The notes: a model not told the origin generated them from the letters alone. Positions 9,995 through 19,897 are shown, counted from the first letter of the stretch. The stretch: DNA of 64,000 nucleotides from an uncultured Lachnospiraceae bacterium (GCA_949484645.1 CASYOT010000002.1:2912-66911); one strand, 5' to 3'. Made by a program: numbers and translations.

Positions 9995-11104
9995 ATGGAG
10001 TCAGAAAAATTAATATTAGACGGCAGTAAAGTATTATGGCACAAAGATAGAATAGAGCAATGGAAAAGGGGGGAGCGTTTTGCGCCTGTTACGATTGATT
10101 GCGCGCTGACTACGAAATGCAGTTACCGCTGTGTGTATTGTTATGGAAAAATGCAGTGCATAAACCAGTCGGATAATCTTGACGAAGAAACAATTTTACG
10201 CTTTTTAGAGGATGCGGCGGAAATAGGAGTAAAAGCGGTTAGTTTTGTAAGCGATGGAGAAAGCACATGTAACCCACATTTGAAAAAAGCGGTTTTACAT
10301 GGCAAGAGCCTTGGATTAGATATGGCTCTTGGCACAAATGGCTTTTTGTTAAAAGATGAGGAATTAGAGGAAATTTTGCCGGCGCTTACTTATCTGCGTT
10401 TTAATATATCGGCTGGGGAGAGGGAACGATATGCCGAAATTCATGGCTGCGCCTTAAAATGCTATGATAAAGTAATTGAAACGATGAAAAAAGCGGTAGA
10501 TATTAGGGAGAAGAAAGATCTGGCGGTTACAATTGGAATGCAAATGGTTTTAATGCCGGATTTTGCAGATCAGATTCTTCCGCTTACAAAGTTAGGCAGA
10601 GAGATTGGCGTGGATTATCTCGTGATTAAACATTGTAGTGATGATGAGGAAGGCACGCTTGGCGTAAATTACGAAAAATATGATGCCGTGATTCCGGTTT
10701 TAAAGGAAGCGGAAACTTATTCTACGGATAAGTATCAGGTTTCGGCAAAATGGTCAAAGATTTTAAGCCATGGGAAGAAAAGTTACTGTAAGTGTTTTGG
10801 AGCCCCCTTTATTCTTCAAATGTCGGGTACGGGCCTTGTGGCTCCTTGTGGAATGTTTTTCAATGAGAAATACAGTAAATACCATATTGGAAATATTAAG
10901 GAAAAGAGATTTAAAGAGATATTTGAAAGCGACAGGTATTGGGAAGTTATGAAAATGATAACAGACGAAACTTTTGATCCAAACCGCGATTGCGGTACGC
11001 TCTGTCTTCAGCATAAAACAAATGAGGCATTGTGGAAGATCTATCAAACAGGGACAATTCCAAAGAGTCCGGAAATTGAACCGAATCATATTAATTTTAT
11101 ATAA
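9995..11104 (+). CDS. radical SAM enzyme (paralog B of 7127..8188)
   Basis: CSYRCVYC CxxxCxxC motif; aligns along its length with the 7127 protein (KRGE..P..IDCALT..C.YRC..C, shared C-terminal ...INFI); start set to ATG 9995 for better RBS spacing (track 9986). Confidence 0.8.
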   Translation: MESEKLILDGSKVLWHKDRIEQWKRGERFAPVTIDCALTTKCSYRCVYCYGKMQCINQSDNLDEETILRFLEDAAEIGVKAVSFVSDGESTCNPHLKKAVLHGKSLGLDMALGTNGFLLKDEELEEILPALTYLRFNISAGERERYAEIHGCALKCYDKVIETMKKAVDIREKKDLAVTIGMQMVLMPDFADQILPLTKLGREIGVDYLVIKHCSDDEEGTLGVNYEKYDAVIPVLKEAETYSTDKYQVSAKWSKILSHGKKSYCKCFGAPFILQMSGTGLVAPCGMFFNEKYSKYHIGNIKEKRFKEIFESDRYWEVMKMITDETFDPNRDCGTLCLQHKTNEALWKIYQTGTIPKSPEIEPNHINFI

Positions 11105-11143
11105 ATTTCAGAAATCTGGAAAAATAAGCATGGAGGCTGAAAA

Positions 11144-12673
11144 ATGGCACTTGTTGTGACAAAAGCGGAATTTAGGAATATAAGAAAGGAATTGCGGGCG
11201 GAAGGGAAGAAAGTGGTTCTCTGCCATGGCGTATTTGATTTAGTGCATCCCGGCCATATCATTCATTTTGAAGAAGCAAAAAAGATGGGGGACGTTTTAG
11301 TGGCGTCTGTCACGGCGGCAAAATATGTGAGAAAAGGTCCGGATAGGCCGTATTTTGGAGATGAGATGCGTCTGAAATTTTTATCTTCGATTGCGTATAT
11401 TGATTATATTCTTTTGTCAGAGGGCTTTACTGTAGATGATATTATTGAAGCGGCGGAGCCGGACTTGTATGTAAAAGGCTCGGAGTATCAGGCGCAAGAA
11501 GATGACATTACCGGAAAGATTGCCGGAGAAATAGAGCTGGTCCGTAAACATGGAGGGGAAATTGCTTATACAGGCGGGCAGGTGTTTAGTTCAACGAAAC
11601 TAATCAACCATGCTTTTCCATCACTTTCTGAGGAAGTGAAACAATTTATGAAATCATTTTCAGATAAGTATAGTTTATCTGAAATCAGAGCGCTGGCGGA
11701 AAAAATTTCGGGCTTTAAGATAGCGGTAATTGGAGACGTAATTATAGATGAATATATTTATTGCAATGTACAGGGGTTAATGTCGAAAGACAGGGGATAT
11801 TCTGCCCGTTATAGATATGTGGAGCAGTATTTAGGCGGTTCGTTAGCCGTGGCGAGGCATATTGCCTCATTTTGTGACGACGTCACTCTTTTGAGCGTTG
11901 TAGGGAAAGAGGAGGCGGTACATAGCCGGATGTTAGACGAACTTGGCGATAAGATGAGGATAGACGTAACGTTTAGCGATGTTTTTGAAACCATTATAAA
12001 AACACGGTACGTTTCCATGAATGAAAAACGGGAAGAGCTTGATAAAATTTTCGCTGTAAATAACCTTCCTGTATATATGCGCATTGATAAACCTGCATTA
12101 GATAAGTTTAAAGAAAAAATAAAAGAGAAAATAGAACAGTGTGACGTGGTTATTTTGTGTGATTTTGGGCATGGGCTGATAGATGAAGAAGTGATGGATT
12201 TGATTCAGTCTAAGGCGAAGTTTTTAGCGTTGAACTGCCAGACTAATTCATCGAATTATGGAAAAAATTTAATTACAAAATATAAACGGGCAGATGTATT
12301 TGCGATTGACCAGAAAGAATTGGGGCTGGCATTTGCGAATTACCGTTTAGATGAGCAAGAGCTTCTTCAGAAGTTAGAAAAACATTTGGACTGCCATGGG
12401 TGGCTGACACAGGGATCCCAAGGGGCAGTTTCGATTGAAGATGGAGAAATAAAACATTGTCCGGCATTTGTTTTAAAAGTGAAAGACACCATTGGAGCAG
12501 GGGATGCGTTCTTTTCCATTGCAAGCTTATTTGCGGCAGCAGGCGCTTCCATGGAGATGGGAACATTTATGGGAAATATTGCGGGGGCATTGGCGACAAA
12601 TATCGTAGGAAACAAAAAAGGCATTGATAAAGTAGATGTACTGAAGTACGCTTCTACTTTACTTAATATATGA
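11144..12673 (+). CDS. bifunctional sugar-phosphate nucleotidyltransferase / PfkB-family sugar kinase (HldE-like with reversed domain order)
   Basis: N-terminal cytidylyltransferase-fold domain with the HxGH motif (CHGVFDLVHPGHIIHF), as in RfaE domain II; C-terminal PfkB ribokinase-like domain ending with the GAGDAF anion-hole motif; GGAGG RBS. Confidence 0.7.
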   Translation: MALVVTKAEFRNIRKELRAEGKKVVLCHGVFDLVHPGHIIHFEEAKKMGDVLVASVTAAKYVRKGPDRPYFGDEMRLKFLSSIAYIDYILLSEGFTVDDIIEAAEPDLYVKGSEYQAQEDDITGKIAGEIELVRKHGGEIAYTGGQVFSSTKLINHAFPSLSEEVKQFMKSFSDKYSLSEIRALAEKISGFKIAVIGDVIIDEYIYCNVQGLMSKDRGYSARYRYVEQYLGGSLAVARHIASFCDDVTLLSVVGKEEAVHSRMLDELGDKMRIDVTFSDVFETIIKTRYVSMNEKREELDKIFAVNNLPVYMRIDKPALDKFKEKIKEKIEQCDVVILCDFGHGLIDEEVMDLIQSKAKFLALNCQTNSSNYGKNLITKYKRADVFAIDQKELGLAFANYRLDEQELLQKLEKHLDCHGWLTQGSQGAVSIEDGEIKHCPAFVLKVKDTIGAGDAFFSIASLFAAAGASMEMGTFMGNIAGALATNIVGNKKGIDKVDVLKYASTLLNI

Positions 12674-12711
12674 TGATTCTAAAGATATATTTATAAAATG
12701 GAGGGTAAGAA

Positions 12712-14352
12712 ATGAAGATTTTGTTGGTGGTTCCGCAATACTATAGCCGGAAAGAACGATATTATCAAATGCCATTAGGCTTAGCGTATGTGAATGCAGC
12801 TCTGCGGGAAGCAAATTTAGATGTGCAATGCCTGAATATGAACCATATTGAAGCAGAAGACGCCTATTCAGTTTTAGCTGAACGGGTAGTAAATTCCAAT
12901 ATTGACGTTGTCCTTTGCGGCGGAATAAGCCCGCTTTGGAAAACGATTGAAAAAGTGTTTGATACAGTTAAAAGGGCAAAAGCTTCCATAATTACTGTGG
13001 GGGGGGGTGGAGCCTTTACGTCGGAGCCTCTTATTTCAGCGGAACTTCTTGAAGTAGATTATGCTGTAATTGGAGAAGGGGAGATTACAGATGTAGAGCT
13101 TATTCAAACGTTGATGGCGAATCAGAATGTAAGCAATGTAAAAGGAATTGTATATAAAACGCCGGACGGATATAGGCAGACGGCTCCGAGGGAAGAAATT
13201 GCCGATGTGGATTCCATTCCATTTCCATGCTATGAGGGGTTTGACATGGATTTATATTTAGAAAATCAAATGGTGAGCGATGAATATTATTCTTTTTATT
13301 CGGACAAGCCGAGAATTATGCCGATGATTTTAGGCAGGTCATGCCCTTATCAATGCAAATTTTGTTTTCACCCTATAGGAAATAAATACAGGGTGCGAAG
13401 TCTGGATAATTTTTTTATGGAACTGGATCAATGGAAGAATAAGTATGCTCCAACCTGTATTTTGATATTAGATGAATTATTTAGCGCAAGCGTTGAAAGA
13501 GTGTATGAGTTTTGTGAAAGAATAAAAGGATATGAGATAAAATGGATTGTCCAAATGCGGGTGGATATTATCACGAAAGAGTTATTGCAGACAATGCGGG
13601 ACGCCGGATGCCTCAGCATCAGTTATGGACTTGAAAGTTTTAGCCCTGCAGTTTTGAAAAATATGAGAAAACATATCTCTTTAGCAGACATAGAAAACGC
13701 TTTAAAATTGACTTATGAAGCAAAAATAGACATTCAGGGCAATTTTATTTTTGGAGACGAGTTAGAAAATGAGCATACGATATATGAAACATTGCGGTTT
13801 TGGTTTCAGCATCCAGAATATAAAATTAATTTGGGGTGGATAGAGACATATCCGGGATGCGGCTATTATCAGGAATTATCAAAAAATTGGAGCGTTGAGG
13901 AGAAAAAAGCATTTTTAGAAATGAGTGAATGGCTGACAAATTTAACAAAGATGCCAGATGAAGAATATGGGAAATATAAAGTTGTGATTCAACTGCTTAC
14001 ATTTTATTATAACCCAGATTGTGTGAAAGAAAAAGAGACGCGGACAGACGAAAATGGCGATGGGATTATTGAAGCGAAGTGCGTGCATTGCGGTTCGGTA
14101 AATCGGTGGGCAGGAGTTAAAAAATATCTGCTAAATCAATCGTATTTTAAATTATGCTGCCGGAAATGCAATCATAGGAATGTGATTTACAGCAGGAAAG
14201 AAAGGTTAAAAAATTGGGATTTAATTCTGCCATTATGTGAGAAAATGGCTTTGGCAACAAAGGAAGATGAATTTATTAAAGCGGTAAACGCTTTATATGA
14301 GACGTATATGGTGACGCATGACCCAGAAAATCCATTTCCTGTTTTGTTTTAG
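12712..14352 (+). CDS. B12-binding (class B) radical SAM enzyme, putative sugar C-methyltransferase or related
   Basis: N-terminal B12-binding-like region (MKILLVVPQYY...PLGLAYVNAAL) followed by CPYQCKFC radical SAM motif; 546 aa; contains an in-frame G9 tract at 12999..13007. Confidence 0.75.
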   Translation: MKILLVVPQYYSRKERYYQMPLGLAYVNAALREANLDVQCLNMNHIEAEDAYSVLAERVVNSNIDVVLCGGISPLWKTIEKVFDTVKRAKASIITVGGGGAFTSEPLISAELLEVDYAVIGEGEITDVELIQTLMANQNVSNVKGIVYKTPDGYRQTAPREEIADVDSIPFPCYEGFDMDLYLENQMVSDEYYSFYSDKPRIMPMILGRSCPYQCKFCFHPIGNKYRVRSLDNFFMELDQWKNKYAPTCILILDELFSASVERVYEFCERIKGYEIKWIVQMRVDIITKELLQTMRDAGCLSISYGLESFSPAVLKNMRKHISLADIENALKLTYEAKIDIQGNFIFGDELENEHTIYETLRFWFQHPEYKINLGWIETYPGCGYYQELSKNWSVEEKKAFLEMSEWLTNLTKMPDEEYGKYKVVIQLLTFYYNPDCVKEKETRTDENGDGIIEAKCVHCGSVNRWAGVKKYLLNQSYFKLCCRKCNHRNVIYSRKERLKNWDLILPLCEKMALATKEDEFIKAVNALYETYMVTHDPENPFPVLF

Positions 14353-14369
14353 GAAAAGGATTTCCGCCA

Positions 14370-15068
14370 TTAAATTGTGACATTAAAGTATTGTTGGGCC
14401 TTACAGTATTTTTTCTGCCTGTTTCTGATTAAGACACTGCCGTCAGGGTTACGCAGCACAACGGAATCATCGGAGACCGGCTGTCCATATACAAACGCAT
14501 CTACTCCAATGGATACACGGTTTCCGATTGGTTCATTGCCTATAATTTTAGCTCCGGCGGCTAAGTAGAGCCCTTTTCCGAGTTTTGGGACAGTTTCGCC
14601 GACAGGGCTTTCACCGGTATTGATGGTGACATTTTGGCCTATTACAAGAAAATCACTGTAAGCTGCATTGCCAATTACGCTTCCTACCGGATGTGTAAGG
14701 AAGAATATTTCCGGCAGTTTGCCTTTGTAAGAGATAAAAAAACTATGTAAAGTTTTATTCAAGTAAATTAATTTGTCACAGACAGATTTGTTTGCGGAAA
14801 GCTCCCACAGTGAGTTAGCCCAAAAATATAAAAACTGGGCATACTGGTCAGAATGCAGATGCGAGAAAAATGTTTCGCCTTGGTTATCTGAATATGCGGA
14901 ATTTTTAATAAAACGGAAGCAATGCTCTGTCCGTTCTAAGGCGCGTTCAAAAGCGGCGTCAACGTCGCTGCCTTTTAGAGTATGAGTATTGCGATCCGGA
15001 AAAAAAAGCTCTAACTGATGCAGCGTATATGTTTGAAGTTCTTGTTTCGGTAATGATAGGTTCATTTC
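14370..15068 (-). CDS. hexapeptide-repeat (left-handed beta-helix) acetyltransferase, serine-acetyltransferase-like
   Basis: C-terminal LbH repeats (VIGQNVTINTG...AGAKIIGNEPIGNRVSIGVDAFV) preceded by a helical N-domain as in CysE-like O-acetyltransferases; start set to the internal MNLSL with GGAAG RBS (track start 15182). Confidence 0.65.
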   Translation of the reverse strand, partial: EMNLSLPKQELQTYTLHQLELFFPDRNTHTLKGSDVDAAFERALERTEHCFRFIKNSAYSDNQGETFFSHLHSDQYAQFLYFWANSLWELSANKSVCDKLIYLNKTLHSFFISYKGKLPEIFFLTHPVGSVIGNAAYSDFLVIGQNVTINTGESPVGETVPKLGKGLYLAAGAKIIGNEPIGNRVSIGVDAFVYGQPVSDDSVVLRNPDGSVLIRNRQKKYCKAQQYFNVTI

Positions 15069-16033
15069 TTCTTCCTTTTTTGAATATAAATTGGCTCTAA
15101 AATAAAACGTGGGAGAATTGCGTATGGCCATACATGGAACCATATCGTAGGATATTTGTATGTATTTAAAAATAATATCCATTTATCGTCCATATCATAC
15201 TGATTATCCTCTACGCTGTATTTTAGGATAGAATCTTTAATAAATCCTTTCATGTCAGTAAGAAAGATTTTTTTCATCTGGCTTTTTGGAAAACCGGCTT
15301 TTACGGCTGTTTGGAGCAAAAGTCTTTTATATTGCTTTACCCAGACTTCAAATAAATTAAATCCGCCGCTGTTATTATTTTTTGCGGCTAAATAGGGGGC
15401 TTTTGTCAGGATCATTTTAGTATTTTTGCCTGAGAGAATGTGAAATACGATATGCGCGTGTAGAAAATGGGTTCCAAAATATTTCTCAGGATGCTTTATT
15501 TGTTTAAATTTGCTCATTTTCAGAACGGTTGCAGATATATACGTTACATAAACGCCAATGTAATTCATCAGAAGGGTTTTATCGTAAGTAATCAGATCGT
15601 TTGTTTCCCTAAGTTTTATTCTTGGCGCTTTTCTAATGTCCGGATTGAATGTCTGTGTTGAATATGTAAAAGAATTTATATTAATATAGGCTGGTCTTTC
15701 TGTTTTTATCAGATATAATATTTTTTTTATCGCTCCGGGCAGCAATATGTCATCGTCCGAGAGAAACTGTATATATTCGCCGTTCGCTTTTTGGAAACAG
15801 TTAAAAAAATTTTTATCCATACCCAAATTTTTTGAATTACGATAATAACGTATCTTATGTTCTTTGCAATATTTTTTCATTACTTTTGGGGTCTCGTCTG
15901 TGGAAGCGTTATCTGATACAAGGATTTCAACGCCGTCTTCCAACTGCCCTAGCGCGCTTTCTAATGACTGGCATAATAAATGACAGCGGTTATAGGTAGG
16001 GATAGCGACTGTCAGTATAATTTTTTGTCCCAT
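15062..16033 (-). CDS. family 2 glycosyltransferase (GT-A fold)
   Basis: IPTYNRCHLLCQSLESALGQ...VSDNASTDET...DDD motifs typical of GT2; start set to MGQKIIL with RBS (track start 16138 overlaps the upstream gene). Confidence 0.8.
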   Translation of the reverse strand: MGQKIILTVAIPTYNRCHLLCQSLESALGQLEDGVEILVSDNASTDETPKVMKKYCKEHKIRYYRNSKNLGMDKNFFNCFQKANGEYIQFLSDDDILLPGAIKKILYLIKTERPAYININSFTYSTQTFNPDIRKAPRIKLRETNDLITYDKTLLMNYIGVYVTYISATVLKMSKFKQIKHPEKYFGTHFLHAHIVFHILSGKNTKMILTKAPYLAAKNNNSGGFNLFEVWVKQYKRLLLQTAVKAGFPKSQMKKIFLTDMKGFIKDSILKYSVEDNQYDMDDKWILFLNTYKYPTIWFHVWPYAILPRFILEPIYIQKRKKK

Positions 16034-16037
16034 GATC

Positions 16038-16970
16038 TTACCTCTTTCTTTTGGTTTCATAATACTGGATTGTTTTTTGGATGCCTTCTTCAAAGGGAAT
16101 TTCAGGCTTCCAGCCGGTATCTCTTGTAAGAGGTTCAATATTGATACAAGAACTTGGCATTATGCCGGGGGAGCTGATTTTTCTTTCGGGAGGGGGAGTT
16201 TTTTCTCCAATGCCTAAAGGAAGCGATGGGTTTATCATGTCCCGAATAGTTAAGACGTATTCCCGAAGTGTTTTGTGCGTTCCGCTTCCTATTCCATATG
16301 TAATATTATGCCTGCCTTTCTCTCCAATTTTAATAATTGCTTTTGCTACATCTGATACATAGACAAAATCCCAATTAGACTGGAGATTGCCATAGACAGG
16401 GTATTTGCCATCTAAAAGAGTGGTAATCGTATAAGTCAGGATATTGTCTTCTGTTCTTCCTTCCCCATATGTGCTTGGAAGAACAGTCCAAATCATATCC
16501 TGCCCTAATTGCGCGGCAACGGCTTCTAACAGATAGTGGACGGAAGTTTTTGTGGCTCCATAGATGTCAATGGGCGTCTGTTTCCTTGAAAAATCAATGA
16601 CGCATACATTATAAACATATTCTGCCACTGTGCCTGCGGCCAGAAATAGTTTGCATTTTAAATATTTAGAGAGACGTAACATATCCAGAGAAGTTTCGAT
16701 ATTGCTTAATTGCAAAGGAATGTTGTTTTTTTCTTTCCCAGAAACGCCTGCCCAGCCAAGATGATAAAATATATCATATGTTTTTCCAGACAGCCTTTGC
16801 GCCAGTTCTTTAAATTGATAGCCGGCAGTTATTGTTTTTACGGAAGAATTATGAAATGGCATAGAGGAGGGGGAGGAGGTCAGGACGGTTACGTTAGCGC
16901 CTGATTTTAATAATTCCGCAACAACATATCTGCCGATAAATCCGGTTCCTCCTGTAAGAATGGCTTTCAT
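16038..16970 (-). CDS. NAD-dependent epimerase/dehydratase family (SDR) sugar reductase/epimerase
   Basis: MKAILTGGTGFIGRYVVAELL Rossmann motif; YGATK catalytic YxxxK; 310 aa. Confidence 0.75.
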   Translation of the reverse strand: MKAILTGGTGFIGRYVVAELLKSGANVTVLTSSPSSMPFHNSSVKTITAGYQFKELAQRLSGKTYDIFYHLGWAGVSGKEKNNIPLQLSNIETSLDMLRLSKYLKCKLFLAAGTVAEYVYNVCVIDFSRKQTPIDIYGATKTSVHYLLEAVAAQLGQDMIWTVLPSTYGEGRTEDNILTYTITTLLDGKYPVYGNLQSNWDFVYVSDVAKAIIKIGEKGRHNITYGIGSGTHKTLREYVLTIRDMINPSLPLGIGEKTPPPERKISSPGIMPSSCINIEPLTRDTGWKPEIPFEEGIQKTIQYYETKRKR

Positions 16971-16980
16971 ATTCTTCCTC

Positions 16981-17994
16981 CTACTGTTCCATGCGTTTTA
17001 GAATGATGTCTGCATAGCTGTCTATATCGTCGGTTGTATTCGCCGACAGGCTTTCGCAATGTCTGCAGATTGGTATATCGTCTTTCCTCTTTTTTAAGTG
17101 GAGTTTTTGGTACTGGCAAAGTTTTTCGCCATTCCAAATATCCGCAATTTTTTCGGTTTTTAAATCGCCTAAAATATATTCTGTTTTCCAGTCTACACAG
17201 CACAGATGCGCAATGCCGGAATGGTTTATTACCATCGTAGTAAATAAAAATGGGCAGACTTCTTTTGGTTGTAGCTCCTGGCCGTAAGTGCCTTTATGGG
17301 CGTTGTTTATTTTTGCGCCGATATTTGTGTCCTGCCAAAGGGTGGAAGAAATGGTTTCTACAAATATTTCGTCAGACACTTTTTCAAATGTCTGGTAAAA
17401 ATTCTGTTTTTCTGTTTCGGTATAACCAATATCGCTGTATTTAATAAAGATTTTACAATTCTGTTTATTTTTATAGAAAAACTCGATTTTTTTATAGAAA
17501 TCCTGAAAGTCCATTTCGTATTGGCATACGTCTTTGTACTGTTGTTCATTAATTCCATTTACTGAAATATTTAATATGTCAAGACCTGCCTCAATAAGCT
17601 CAAGGCTGAGCGTTTCGTTTAGAAGCGTGCCGTTGGTCGTGATTTCAATACATTCTGCGGCCTCTGCTTTTTTGGCATAGGCTGCCATTTGGGCAATCTT
17701 GGGATTCATCAAGGGCTCTCCGATTTTAAACAGCCTTAATTTTTTGATTTTTTGTCTGCCCCAGCAAGAGACAATGTCGTCTATGATTTTTTGGAAAAGT
17801 TCCAAAGACATTGCGCCAAATGTTACATTAGATTTTTTTATGGTTTCCATGTCTGAGTGGAAACAAAAATTGCATTTTAAATTACAGGCGCTGCATACGT
17901 CAATTTGAATTGCAAAGGGCGCGGAAAGCGGCAGAACTTCCTGTAACGGGGTTCTTTCCCTTGCGTAAATTTTGGCTCTTCTTATTGCGCTCAT
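16981..17994 (-). CDS. radical SAM enzyme with C-terminal SPASM/twitch-like Cys cluster
   Basis: CNLKCNFC motif near N-terminus; C-terminal CPFLFTTMVINHSGIAHLCCVDW...C cysteine cluster; GGAGGT RBS; paralogous to 29444..30469. Confidence 0.75.
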   Translation of the reverse strand: MSAIRRAKIYARERTPLQEVLPLSAPFAIQIDVCSACNLKCNFCFHSDMETIKKSNVTFGAMSLELFQKIIDDIVSCWGRQKIKKLRLFKIGEPLMNPKIAQMAAYAKKAEAAECIEITTNGTLLNETLSLELIEAGLDILNISVNGINEQQYKDVCQYEMDFQDFYKKIEFFYKNKQNCKIFIKYSDIGYTETEKQNFYQTFEKVSDEIFVETISSTLWQDTNIGAKINNAHKGTYGQELQPKEVCPFLFTTMVINHSGIAHLCCVDWKTEYILGDLKTEKIADIWNGEKLCQYQKLHLKKRKDDIPICRHCESLSANTTDDIDSYADIILKRMEQ

Positions 17995-18020
17995 CGTTGT
18001 ACCTCCGTGTGGTCTGCTTT

Positions 18021-19805
18021 TTAAGGCAGCATAAGTTTTTTTATTTCATCTTCTTCTAAGAAAGGATACATATCATGTAAAGCGGGAGTTTTCATTTTGC
18101 CGTTTTCATCTATGCGTGACATGACTTTTGGAATAACAGGATCGTCAAATGCCTGCAATACTTCCAGTATCATATGCTTTGTTGTCTGCATAAAAGCATG
18201 TAAGCAGGAATCCACTTCGCCATTATTATGGCAGCAAAGATATTTAAACCCGAATGTGTCTGCAATTTTTTTAAAATCAGGGAAACTTACTCCGGTATCC
18301 GGCGTACAGCCAATGTATTCTCCTTGAAAGAAGTTTTTTGAAGTCTGCCGGATTGCCCCATAACCTTCATTTGAAAAGATAACGATTGAAATTGGAAGAT
18401 CGTACTGGGCAATCGTTTGAAGTTCTTGTAGGTTCATCATTATGCTTCCGTTTCCTGTAATGCAGTATACGCCGGATTTGGAGGAGATGGCGGCGCCTAT
18501 GGCCGCGGGAATATCGTATCCCATAGATCCGCAAGTATAATTTGTAAGAATCCGTTGGTTTCTCTTTTGGGTTCCAATTTGTAATTTTGCAGTATTTGCG
18601 CTGTTGTTGCCAAGCGCTAAAATGCTGTTATCCGGTTCATGTGAATGGAACTGTTTCCAAAAATAGTAGGAAGAAACCCTGTCTGACAAATGAACGCCAT
18701 GCCGGATTGCTTCATATGGAGAAAAGCGTTCTTTTAGGTTTTGGCAGTAGGAAAGCCATTCTTTATGCGGCATACAGGGGATGACGCTCTGTCTGGCAGT
18801 TTCAAAAAACTGATTTAGGTCTATATGGAGGCTCTTTTGGATTTTAAGCCCCGGTTTTAGGGCTTCGTTTTTGTCAGCGTCTATCATATAGATTTTTGCA
18901 TTTGGGGCGAAGCCGTCTTGGTTAAACCCTGTCTGCCGGAATCCCAAACTATTTCCTAAAGTTAAGATTGCATCTGCGTTTTGCAAAATAAAATTTCCGG
19001 ATCTTGATCCCACATTTCCGGAGGAGCCGAAATAAAGGGGATGCTCCATATAGAGGTTATCGGCTACCCATGCGCCTCCAATTACAGGGAGCCGCATAGA
19101 ATCAATAAAACTTAAAAACGCTTCCATACAGTTTCCGCTTCTAATGCCGGAGCCTGCAAGGATGCAAGGGCGTTTTGCAGACTGGAATTGTTGCAGAACA
19201 GATTCTATATCTTCTTTGGGAAGATGAGGGAGGGCGCTTTGATATTCTTCCGGTTCATATAATTCGCTTTCTTCGATATTTGCGCTCTGGATATCCTGTG
19301 GGACGTCTAACCAAACGGGTCCCCGCCTTCCGTCCATAGCGATATGAATTGCTTTAACCAATTCTCTCTTTACGGCGTATGGATTAGTCAGCATTGTGGC
19401 ATATTTAGTCATATTTTGAACAGATGGGATAATTTCAAATTCTTGCAAGCCACGATAACGTAAAGGAAGGCCTGATTTTGGGACGGAAATTTCATAACGG
19501 ACTTGTCCAGACAACACAATCATGGGCAGACTGTCCTGCCATGCTCCCATCACGCCTGTTATGGCGTTGGTGGAACCGGGGCCAGAGGTGACGCAGACCG
19601 CCGCCATTTTTCCGCTGTATCTTGCATAGGCTTCTGCCGCCATGGCGCACGCCTGTTCGTGGTGGTTAAAGTATTTATTCATTTTCGGACATTTTAGCAA
19701 AGCGTTGTCTAAAAACATCGCGCCTCCGCCAACGACAGCAAAACAGTCTATAATTCCGTATTCTGTCAGTGTGTCCATAATGATGTCAGCCACTCGTTTT
19801 AACAT
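18021..19805 (-). CDS. ThDP-dependent acetolactate-synthase-like enzyme (YerE-like two-carbon branching enzyme candidate)
   Basis: 594 aa with ALS/POX family architecture; ThDP-binding GDG...N-type region in the C-terminal third (CITGNGSIMMNLQEL); N-terminal VGGGAMFL...VCVTSGPGSTNAITG; GGAGGGG RBS. Confidence 0.75.
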   Translation of the reverse strand: MLKRVADIIMDTLTEYGIIDCFAVVGGGAMFLDNALLKCPKMNKYFNHHEQACAMAAEAYARYSGKMAAVCVTSGPGSTNAITGVMGAWQDSLPMIVLSGQVRYEISVPKSGLPLRYRGLQEFEIIPSVQNMTKYATMLTNPYAVKRELVKAIHIAMDGRRGPVWLDVPQDIQSANIEESELYEPEEYQSALPHLPKEDIESVLQQFQSAKRPCILAGSGIRSGNCMEAFLSFIDSMRLPVIGGAWVADNLYMEHPLYFGSSGNVGSRSGNFILQNADAILTLGNSLGFRQTGFNQDGFAPNAKIYMIDADKNEALKPGLKIQKSLHIDLNQFFETARQSVIPCMPHKEWLSYCQNLKERFSPYEAIRHGVHLSDRVSSYYFWKQFHSHEPDNSILALGNNSANTAKLQIGTQKRNQRILTNYTCGSMGYDIPAAIGAAISSKSGVYCITGNGSIMMNLQELQTIAQYDLPISIVIFSNEGYGAIRQTSKNFFQGEYIGCTPDTGVSFPDFKKIADTFGFKYLCCHNNGEVDSCLHAFMQTTKHMILEVLQAFDDPVIPKVMSRIDENGKMKTPALHDMYPFLEEDEIKKLMLP

Positions 19806-19897
19806 CTTAACGCCCCTCCAAATTTAGCTTTCGATAATTCATAACATAATTTTATATTGTTATATGGGAATTGTAAATATATATTTCTGAAAATTGT

